From assembly GCA_028707055.1 (NCBI GenBank), contig JAQTVA010000001.1:1-46541 (forward strand): a stretch of DNA of 46,541 nt. The letters run 5' to 3'. The number at the start of each line of letters is the position of its first letter. The stretch's first letter is position 1. Below, in pieces: positions 1 through 8,200 of this stretch. The notes under the pieces are model-generated. The model was not told the DNA's origin and did no database searches. It saw only the letters and a program-made list of their open reading frames with translations. The stretch comes from Candidatus Bipolaricaulis sp. (lineage in GTDB: Bacteria; Bipolaricaulota; Bipolaricaulia; UBA7950; UBA9294). A program made the position numbers and the translations under genes.

Positions 1-1
1 G

Positions 2-1441
2 ATCCTTTGCACCCTCGGCAAGGCGGGGCATCACGCGGTGTTGATTGGCGGGGTCGTCCGTGACGGCCTGCTGGAGGCGTGGGGGGCGGATGTGACGTAC
101 CCCCCGGACGACGTGGACATCGCAACCTCAGCGCTTCCGGCGGAGATCCGCGCGTTGTTCCGGGGCCACCCGATCGTGGCCGTGGGGGAGGAGTTCGGCG
201 TCGTGGTCATCATCTCTCCGAACGGCCATCCGTACGAAGTGGCGACGTTTCGAACGGAGGGGGAGTACGACGGCCGGTGGCCGGCAAACGTGTCGCTCGT
301 TCGGGACCTTGAGGCCGACGTCCGGCGCCGCGATCTCACGATCAACGGCCTTGCCGCGGACGCCGAAGGGCGCGTCACGGACCTCGTGGGGGGCGTGGCC
401 GATCTGCGAGCGCGCCGGGTGCGTGCGATCGGCGACTCCGGAACACGCTTCGCCGAGGACCACCTGAGGATGCTGCGGGTCGTGCGCTTCGTCTGCCAGA
501 TCGATGGGTTGCTGGATGAGGACACCGCCCGGGCTGTCGCGGACCACGCCGAGGAGATCGTGTCGATCTCCGGCGAGCGGATCCGCGACGAGCTGTTGCG
601 CATCCTGGAGACGCCGCGCGCCCATGCGGGTCTGGCTCTCCTCGACAAGCTCGGCCTTCTCCGTCCCATTCTCCCGGAGCTCGTCGCGGGCAAGGGCGTT
701 CCCCAGCCCGAGGAGTACCACCCCGAGGGCGATGTGTTCGTCCACACGCTGGAGTCCGTTCGCGTCGCCGACGCCTTCGTGCGCGACGCGCTGGTCAAGC
801 TTGCCGTCGTGCTCCACGACATTGGCAAGCCGGAGGCGCTGGCAAGGAACCGCGGAGCGAACATGGGGGGACACTGCGCCGTGGGGGCGGGCATGGTTCA
901 ACGGATCGCGCGGCGGCTCCGCCTGAGCCGCTCCGACACCCTCCGACTCGCCTTCCTTGTGAAGAACCACATGAGGATCGCCGACTTCCCGGAGATGGGT
1001 CGAGGAAAACAGGTCCGCTTCCTGACCTCCGGAGAAGGTGGGGAGCACGGTTCGGTGGGAAAGCGGTATCCGATGTTCGTCGACCTGCTCCGCGTCCTGG
1101 TCGCGGACTGCGAGGCGAGTGCGCATCGTTCGTCAGGGTGGGCTCCGGTGCTGCGCGAGACGCTGCGCGTTGTGGACCACGTGGAGCGCGTCGGCGACTT
1201 GTCCCGCGCGCGGCGGCTGATCGACGGGAACGACTTGATCCGCCTCGGGATGCCGCCCGGGCCCCGACTGGGCGAGATTCTTGAGTTCCTGCAGGATCGC
1301 GTGTTGGCGGGGGAGATCGCGGCACGGTCGATGGCGCTCCACGAGGCCGAGACCCTGATTCGGCGGGCGCTCGACGAGACGCAGGCGCCGCGGCAACGGG
1401 ACACGCGACCTAGATCGCCTGACGCCCCATCCCTACTGTAG
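2..1441 (+). CDS. cca: CCA-adding enzyme / class II tRNA nucleotidyltransferase with C-terminal HD domain (5' end cut by window edge)
   Basis: The reading frame is open from nt 2 (ILCTLGKAGHHAVLIGGVVRD), so the ATG/GTG at 38 is not the true start. Motifs GGxVRD and RRDLTINGLA mark the nucleotidyltransferase head. VLHDIGKP marks the HD domain. Confidence 0.85.
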   Translation: MLCTLGKAGHHAVLIGGVVRDGLLEAWGADVTYPPDDVDIATSALPAEIRALFRGHPIVAVGEEFGVVVIISPNGHPYEVATFRTEGEYDGRWPANVSLVRDLEADVRRRDLTINGLAADAEGRVTDLVGGVADLRARRVRAIGDSGTRFAEDHLRMLRVVRFVCQIDGLLDEDTARAVADHAEEIVSISGERIRDELLRILETPRAHAGLALLDKLGLLRPILPELVAGKGVPQPEEYHPEGDVFVHTLESVRVADAFVRDALVKLAVVLHDIGKPEALARNRGANMGGHCAVGAGMVQRIARRLRLSRSDTLRLAFLVKNHMRIADFPEMGRGKQVRFLTSGEGGEHGSVGKRYPMFVDLLRVLVADCEASAHRSSGWAPVLRETLRVVDHVERVGDLSRARRLIDGNDLIRLGMPPGPRLGEILEFLQDRVLAGEIAARSMALHEAETLIRRALDETQAPRQRDTRPRSPDAPSLL

Positions 1442-1494
1442 GCGACGGAAGCCGGCGGCGGCCGATCGGCGCCGTTTCTTCCCGAAGGGGACTC

Positions 1495-3054
1495 ATGGGC
1501 GCGCGACTCAACATCAGCCACGACTTGGATCTCGATCTTGAGAAGGTCATCGGCCAGTGCATTGCGGTCCTCGGCATTCGAGGGTCCGGAAAGTCGAACA
1601 CGGCCGGCGTGATCTTCGAGGAGCTCCTGAACCAGCAATACCCCATGTCGATCGTCGACATCGAGGGCGAGTACTTCGGCTTGAAGGAGAAGTACGAGGT
1701 CCTCGTCGTGGGCACGGGAGAGGGCGTGGAGATCGAGATCGACGCGGGCTGCGCCGCGGAGATCGCCGAAGTGAGCATGGAGCAGAACGTCCCCGTCGTC
1801 CTCGACCTGAGTGGGTTTCTCTCAGACGAACGGACGGAGCTGCTGAAGGAGTACTTGGGCGCGTTGTGGAACCTGGCGGGGAAGCTCCGCCGTCCGTACA
1901 TCATCGGGATCGAGGAGGCCCACGAGTTCATCCCGCAGGGTGTCAAGACGGAACTGAAGGAACTCATCGCTCGCATCGCGCTGCGTGGTCGAAAGCGTGG
2001 ACTCGGCGCCATCGTCGTGTCCCAGCGGAGCGCCAAGGTAGACAAGGACGTCCTGAGCCAGGCGGGGATGCTTCTCCTGCACCGCGTCGTCCACGAGGTG
2101 GACATGCGGGTGTACGGGGAGCTCCTCCCGTGGCGGAAGAGCGAAGTGAAGGAGATCATCACGTCGCTTGAGACGGGTCACTGCATCTTTGTGAACGGGG
2201 ACGTCGTCCAGCCCATCTACGTACGCGAGCGGGCCACATTCCATGCCGGGTTCACGCCGACGTTGGACGCCGTCGCCCCACCGGCGCTCAAGCAGGTCAG
2301 CGCGTCGATCATCGAGGCGATCGAGCGGGCGCGCGAGGGGAAGGGGCGGCGCAGCAAGACGCAGGAGCTCGAGCTGCAGCTCGCCCGCCTTGAGGAGAAA
2401 CTCGGGGAGAAGGACGCCCGGATCGTGGAATTGGAGGACGTCGCGCGCACCCTGGGCTACATCAAGGTCGAAGTTCCCGCCGGCCCACCGTCCGCGCTTG
2501 CCGCCGGCGCACCGTCCGCGCTTGCCGCGAACGTCGCCTCGATCGGAACTCCGGAGACCCCGGGCGTGCAGTCCCTTCCACACCTGATCGGCGTGACGCG
2601 GCGATCACGCCGCGCAGACGCGCTGGCCGCGCGTCGGTCGACCGCGCCCGAAAGCGGATGGGGCATCCTCGACGTCGCCGAGGAAGAGTCGCCCGACGCG
2701 TTGCCGCCCGCTGTCGCGCGACACGTCGAACGGCTCGTGGCCCGGATCGAGCGGCAGAGCCCTCTTCACCGACGGGTTCTGGCGTTCCTCGTGGCCCATG
2801 CTCCAGACGCCTATACGGCCGAGCAGATCAGCGCGTGGACCCACTGTGCGCGCGCTCTCATCGAGGACGAGCCGCCGGCCGACCTTCTCGAGACGGGTCT
2901 CGTCGAGCGCGAGCGGCGCACCGACGGGATTCGCTACCGCAGCCGACTGAAGAGCTTCGTGACGGCGGAGTTCGGCGTCTACCAGCCCGACATCGGAGAG
3001 CAGGGGCTTCACGAAGTTGCGCGGCGGCTGCGTGAGCGCCTCGGAACCGCCTGA
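1495..3054 (+). CDS. HerA/FtsK-like P-loop ATPase (DUF87-type core) with C-terminal coiled coil, Ala/Pro repeat linker and winged-helix-like domain
   Basis: Walker A is GIRGSGKSNT about 25 aa from the N-terminus. Walker B is IIGIEEAHEFIP. SQRSAKVDKDVLSQAGMLLLHRV resembles the HerA sensor region. An AAGGGGA RBS lies before the ATG at 1495. The C-terminal half contains KTQELELQLARLEEKLGEKDARIVELED and HRRVLAFLVAH...GLVERERRTDGIRYRSRL. Confidence 0.75.
   Translation: MGARLNISHDLDLDLEKVIGQCIAVLGIRGSGKSNTAGVIFEELLNQQYPMSIVDIEGEYFGLKEKYEVLVVGTGEGVEIEIDAGCAAEIAEVSMEQNVPVVLDLSGFLSDERTELLKEYLGALWNLAGKLRRPYIIGIEEAHEFIPQGVKTELKELIARIALRGRKRGLGAIVVSQRSAKVDKDVLSQAGMLLLHRVVHEVDMRVYGELLPWRKSEVKEIITSLETGHCIFVNGDVVQPIYVRERATFHAGFTPTLDAVAPPALKQVSASIIEAIERAREGKGRRSKTQELELQLARLEEKLGEKDARIVELEDVARTLGYIKVEVPAGPPSALAAGAPSALAANVASIGTPETPGVQSLPHLIGVTRRSRRADALAARRSTAPESGWGILDVAEEESPDALPPAVARHVERLVARIERQSPLHRRVLAFLVAHAPDAYTAEQISAWTHCARALIEDEPPADLLETGLVERERRTDGIRYRSRLKSFVTAEFGVYQPDIGEQGLHEVARRLRERLGTA
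2477..2529 (+). repeat. 24-nt tandem duplication (2.2 copies, 1 mismatch) inside the ATPase linker, encoding GPPSALAA/GAPSALAA
   Basis: ccgccggcCcaccgtccgcgcttg is followed by ccgccggcGcaccgtccgcgcttg and then ccgcg, read directly from the sequence. Confidence 0.9.
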
Positions 3055-3091
3055 TCGGCCTCTCCGATTTACTCCCTGAAACGCATATCCG

Positions 3092-3120
3092 TTGACGGTT
3101 ATCTGCTTTTCTGGTATAAT
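3092..3120 (+). promoter_or_regulatory. sigma70-type promoter for hpf: TTGACG-17 nt-TATAAT with extended -10 (TGg)
   Basis: TTGACG is at 3092-3097 and TGGTATAAT ends at 3120. The element sits in an AT-richer island 20 nt upstream of the hpf ATG. Confidence 0.6.
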
Positions 3121-3140
3121 CTCGTTGGAAGGGGGGGCCG

Positions 3141-3671
3141 ATGAAGATCAAGATCGCGGAGCGACACACCGGCGCGGGGTCGAGCGAGGCCCTGCGCGCG
3201 TACGTTGTCGACAGAGCGGAGTCGCTGGAACGGTTCTTCGATCGAATCATCAGCGTGGACGTCATCCTGACGGTGGAGAAGGAACGGCAGATCGCCGACT
3301 TCCACGCGCACCTCGTCAACCGAAAAGTGATCACGGCGCGGGAGGAGTCGACCGACATGTACGGGTCGGTCGACAAGGCCGTCGAGCGGCTGCGACGGCA
3401 GCTGGTGAAGTTCAAGGACCAGCTCAACGACGTCAGGGAGCATGGGGAAGGCTCACGGTCGGCGATCGAAGCGGAGGGAGCGACCGGGGAAAGAAGAATC
3501 GTGCGCAAGGAGACGTTCTTCTACAAACCGATGACGCCCGAAGAAGCATCGATGCAGTTGGATGCAATCGAGAAGGGATTCCTGGTGTTCATCAACTCGG
3601 AGTCGGACGAGGTGGCGATCGTCTACCACCGCCGAGATGGGAGCTACGGGCTGATCGAGCCGCGGCGGTAG
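3141..3671 (+). CDS. hpf: ribosome hibernation promoting factor, long form (HPF/RaiA family with C-terminal dimerisation domain)
   Basis: The N-terminal S30AE-like region is MKIKIAERH...LRAYVVDRAESLERFFDRIISVDVILTVEK...YGSVDKAVERLRRQL. The C-terminal domain is FFYKPMTPEEASMQLDAIEKGFLVFINSESDEVAIVYHRRDGSYGLIEP. A GGAAGGGGGG RBS is present. Confidence 0.9.
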   Translation: MKIKIAERHTGAGSSEALRAYVVDRAESLERFFDRIISVDVILTVEKERQIADFHAHLVNRKVITAREESTDMYGSVDKAVERLRRQLVKFKDQLNDVREHGEGSRSAIEAEGATGERRIVRKETFFYKPMTPEEASMQLDAIEKGFLVFINSESDEVAIVYHRRDGSYGLIEPRR

Positions 3672-3701
3672 CGGACGGGCCATCGGGGGATTGGGTAGCG
3701 C

Positions 3702-4748
3702 GTGACGCGGGTTCTGGCGCTGTTCTCAGGGAGTCTGGCAAGCCGCGTAGCGGCGAAACTGGTGGAACGCCACCCGGCCGTGGACGCGGTTTCTCTGATC
3801 CATTTCCGTTCTCCTTTTTCCGCCGACTCGGATGATCTTCGCGAGCTGGTGAAGGGGGAGTGGACGGCAGTCCCATTCCGAACGCAGTCACTGAAACGTG
3901 AGTATCGGCGGTTCATCGAGCCGGGGTGCGGCTTCTCGTTGGACGGGGCGTGCGTGAGTTGCCGCTCCCTCCAGCTGTCGCGTGCGGCCCGCTACATGCA
4001 GCGGATCAAGGCGGACTTCCTCGTGACGGGTGACCGGATCGGGGTCCACGGCGTCGAGCGCGAGGACCTCATGGCCTTGACGGAGCGGGTGGGGCTCGAA
4101 GGCCGCGTGCTTCGCCCCTTGTGCCAGAGCGCGTCACGCAAGCCGAGGACGCTGGAGGAGTGGGCGTCGCTCGAGCGGACGCGGACCGTCGAGCTCGAGG
4201 ACCGGGCGGTCGCGGACCTCGGGCGGGGGCTCGATCTCGACCCACGCGACCCCTTGGCCTCAAGGTACCGCTGCAAACTGACGATCCCCGGATTCGGTGA
4301 GCGCGCGGCCAACCTGTTCCAGGAAGAGGGATTCACGCTGAACGGGCTGCGGCTGCTGGACTTCGCTCTGTACTACAAGATCGAGCCGGACACGAAGGTG
4401 GTCATCGCGCTGACGGAGGCCGAGAAGCACGAGCTGCAGACGCTGTTTCTCCCTCAGGACCTCCGCGTGTACCACTCGACGCCGCACGGCCCGATGGCGC
4501 TGGTCCGCACCGACTGGACGACGAAGACGGACTCGGAACGGCGGCGGGTGATCGAACTCGCCGCGCGGATCACGGCGACGCACGTCGACTCGGCGCGGGC
4601 CACGCCGGTTGCGGTGTACTTCCGGCTCGAGAGTGACGAGGAGACGCTCCTGTTCAACGCCCATCCCTTCTCGTCGTGCGACGAGATCCTGGGGCTCGCC
4701 GGGGTCGAGACGATGGCCCTTCCCGAGAGGCAGGCGGTTCGAGCTTGA
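3702..4748 (+). CDS. PP-loop ATPase-superfamily protein (ThiI/MnmA-related) with degenerate PP-loop
   Basis: The N-terminus VLALFSGSLASRVAAKL aligns with the SGGxDS PP-loop but reads SGSLAS. CVSCRSLQLSRAARYMQRIKADFLVTGD resembles the CxxC...ADF(I/V)xTGE block of that family. GTG start. Confidence 0.6.
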   Translation: MTRVLALFSGSLASRVAAKLVERHPAVDAVSLIHFRSPFSADSDDLRELVKGEWTAVPFRTQSLKREYRRFIEPGCGFSLDGACVSCRSLQLSRAARYMQRIKADFLVTGDRIGVHGVEREDLMALTERVGLEGRVLRPLCQSASRKPRTLEEWASLERTRTVELEDRAVADLGRGLDLDPRDPLASRYRCKLTIPGFGERAANLFQEEGFTLNGLRLLDFALYYKIEPDTKVVIALTEAEKHELQTLFLPQDLRVYHSTPHGPMALVRTDWTTKTDSERRRVIELAARITATHVDSARATPVAVYFRLESDEETLLFNAHPFSSCDEILGLAGVETMALPERQAVRA

Positions 4749-4772
4749 CAGGGGCCCGGCGGCGGCTATACT
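4745..4772 (+). promoter_or_regulatory. sigma70-type promoter TTGACA-16 nt-TATACT upstream of fmdB-like gene and rpoC
   Basis: TTGACA at 4745-4750 overlaps the stop codon of the upstream CDS. TATACT is at 4767-4772. The element lies about 110 nt upstream of the 4884 ATG. Confidence 0.55.
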
Positions 4773-4883
4773 CCACGCAATCCTGAAGAAGAACGAGGAG
4801 CGCTCTGCACGAGCGGGTCGCCCTCCGGAAACCGAGAAGAGATGGTGGTTTAACCCGCGGACCCCATTCAGGGGCGGGTGCTT

Positions 4884-5144
4884 ATGCCTTTTTACCGGTA
4901 CGAGTGCGAGAGCTGCAAGAACGAGTTCCGCGTGCTCCTGCACAGCCTGGGAGAGGAACACGCGGCATGTCCGCGTTGCGGGAGCCGGCGAACGAGTCGG
5001 CTTCTTCCGCGCATCGGCGTGATCTACAAGGGAAGCGGGTACTACTCCACCGACTATCGCCGGACCAAGCCCGGCGGTGCCACCGCGAAGAACGGAGACA
5101 AGCCGGCGTCCCCCGTAACGGACGACCACGGTTCGGGCGCATAG
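4884..5144 (+). CDS. FmdB-family zinc-ribbon protein (putative regulatory protein)
   Basis: MPFYRYECESCKNEF...ACPRCGSRRTSRLL is the canonical FmdB CxxC...CPxCG ribbon. I prefer the ATG at 4884 over the GTG at 4878. Confidence 0.85.
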   Translation: MPFYRYECESCKNEFRVLLHSLGEEHAACPRCGSRRTSRLLPRIGVIYKGSGYYSTDYRRTKPGGATAKNGDKPASPVTDDHGSGA

Positions 5145-5211
5145 CTCCACTTCAGGGATTCCAGGAGCGGACGAGATGAGTCTTGCGAGCGATGAGAAGG
5201 GGTGAGGTGAG

Positions 5212-8200
5212 TTGATTTCCGGCGACGACATCAAGCGCGTCAAACTGCAGTTGGCTCCGCCGGCGGCGATCCTCGGCTGGTCGCACGGAGAGGTGACCGA
5301 GTCCGAGACCATCAACTACCGAACGCACCGCGCCGAGCGCGGCGGTCTGTATGCGGAAGAAATCTTCGGCCCTGCGAACGATTACGAGTGCGCGTGCGGC
5401 AAGTACAAGGGGAAGAAGTACGAAGGGATCACCTGCGAGAAGTGCCACGTCCTGGTGACGGATTCCTCCGTGCGCCGCGTCAACATGGGGCACATCCAGT
5501 TGGCCAGCCCCGTCGTCCACTTCTGGTTCTTGAAGGGTGTCTCGAGCCTCCTCTCGCGTCTCTTGGGGCTTAAGAAGCGCGAACTGCAGCGGATCGCCTA
5601 CTACGAAACCGAGCCCATGGAGCAGGCGCTGTACATCGTCACGTCCTCGGACTCGAAGGATGTGCGACCTGGAGAGCTGCTCTACTCGTCGGAGCACTCC
5701 GTACTGGCCGGCAAGTTCTCGTTCGACGTCGAAGAGGCTTACTACATCGATGACGCGTCCCGCGTGCTGGCCGAGGAGGGAGGGCGAGTCACGATCGAGG
5801 ACCGCCAACTCACCAACGGCGAGAAAGTGCGCACCGTCATCGTTGGATCCCAGGAGTATCCGATCGTCGGCGACGTCGAGCTGATGGTGGAGGACGGCGA
5901 CGAGGTCGAACCGGACACGGTGATCGCGGAGCGGCCGGTCGGCGAGCTGTGCTCGAAGACGGCGTATGCCATGCTTGTCGATCGGTACGGCGCCGTCACG
6001 GGCGAGGTTCTCGATCGTGAGATTCTAGACACGCTCGCGTTTGTTGTGACGCGGATCAAGGACCCGGCGTTCCCTCTGGCGTTGGGCGACCGCCTGACGT
6101 ACCTTGAGAAGCGCGCGTATGAGAGGATCTATCCCGAGGGGTTCATCGCCGAGACGGGGGCGGCCGGAATTCGCGGCCTCCTTGAGGTCCTCGATATGAA
6201 CGAGCTGCACGCGTCTCTGGAGGAAGAGATCCGTGGCGAGACGGCCGTCGGCAACCAGCGACGACTCACCAAGCGGCTCGAGGTCGTCGACCAACTGCGT
6301 CTGTCGGGGAACAACGCGCAAGACATGATCCTCGAGGTGATCCCGGTCCTCCCTCCCGACCTGCGCCCGATGATCCAACTCGAGGGCGGCAAGTTCGCGA
6401 CGACCGACCTGAATGACCTGTATCGGCGAATCATCAACCGCAACAACCGCCTGAAGAAGCTGATCGACATGGGGGCCCCGGAGGTCATCCTGCGCAACGA
6501 GCGCCGCATGCTCCAGGAGGCCGTCGACGCGCTGATCCACAACGAGAAAAAGGAAAGCCCGATCCGTGGACGCGACAACCGCCCGCTGAAGTCGCTCTCC
6601 GAACGGATCCATGGAAAGCACGGCCGGTTGCGGCGCAACCTGCTCGGACGCCGAGTCGACTACTCCGGCCGAGCGGTCATCGTCGTCGATCCGAAGTTGA
6701 AGCTCCATCAGTGCGGCCTTCCGAAGAAGATGGCGCTCGAGCTGTTCAAGCCGTTCATCCTCCATTACTTGGAGACCACGACGTTCTCGGACTTCGACGA
6801 GATCAAGAATCGGGCGCTGATGGGCGAGATGCCGGAAGTCTGGGATATCCTCGACAAGTTGATCAAGCAGCACCCGGTGCTCCTGAACCGAGCCCCGACG
6901 CTCCACCGTCTTTCGATGCAGGCTTTCGAGCCGATCTTGGTCGACGGCGAAGCGATCCACATCCACCCGTTCGTGTGCCCCCCATACAACGCGGACTTCG
7001 ACGGGGACCAGATGGCGGTGCACCTCCCCCTCTCTCCGGAGGCGATCGCGGAGGCCCGCGAACTGATGGCGGCGCCGCGAAACATCCTGTCGCCGTCGAG
7101 CGGCGAGCCGCTGACGCTCCCGACGCAGGACCCGATCTATGCCTATTACTTCCTCACTCTCTGCGACGAAGAAGGAAAGGGAACCGGGAAAGCGTTCCGT
7201 GACATCGAAGAGGCGCGGAGGGCCTTCGAGACAGGCTTCCTCGGTCTCCACAGCCCGGTCAAGATCCGCATCGACGGGAAGGTTGTAGAGACGACGCTGG
7301 GTCGAGCGGAGCTGAACCTTGTCCTTCCGGCGGCCATCCGTGACTACACGCGGGTGGTGGATCGCCGCACGGTCAAGCGGATCATCATGCAGTGCTCCCT
7401 GGAGTATGGGTGGCAGAAGGCGGCGGAGGTCCTCGATGAACTCAAGGAGCTTGGGTTCCGCTACGCCACCTACGCCGGACTGACGATCTCGCTGAAGGAC
7501 TGCCTCATCCCGGAAGAAAAGGGCGACATCGTCCGCGAGTCCCAGGCGTCGGTGCAGCGGATCGAGACGATGTTCAAGATGGGGCTGGCCACGGAAGACG
7601 AGCGACGCAACGCCGTCATCCGCATCTGGCGGCAGACGGTCGACGCGGTCGAGGACGCGACGATGGCCAACCTGCGGGCCCACAAGTTCAACCCGGTGTA
7701 CGGCATGGTCACGTCGGGGGCGCGCGGCGGACCGGACCAGGTCAAGCAGCTGTGCGGCATGCGCGGACCGATGGCCGGCCCTTCGGGCGAGATCATCGAA
7801 CGTCCAGTCATTTCGAACTTCCGCGAGGGATTGGACATGATGGAGTACTTCATCTCCACCCACGGCGGCCGAAAGGGCGCGGCGGACACGGCCCTCAAGA
7901 CGGCCGACTCCGGATACCTGACGCGCCGGCTGGTCGATGCTTCGTCGGACACCATCGTTCGGGAGATCGACTGCGGGACGTCGCAGGGCGTGGAGATCGA
8001 CCCCTTGCGGTTCAGCAAGACGGAGATCATGGAGCCGATCGAGGAGCGAGTGTACGGCCGCGTTACCGCGGCGCCGATCATCGACCCGTCGAGCGGCGAC
8101 GTGCTCGTCGACGCCAACCAGTGGATCACTCGAGAGGTCGCGGAGCACATCGGGCGGCTCGAGTGCGAGCTGTCTTTCGCCCGCGGCGCGGCCGAGGAAC

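Noticed and set aside
38-40. The ORF-track start codon of the CCA-adding enzyme at 38.
   Set aside because: The frame is open back to nt 2, and the upstream residues (AGHHAVLIGG) are part of the conserved N-terminal motif. The gene is truncated by the window edge.
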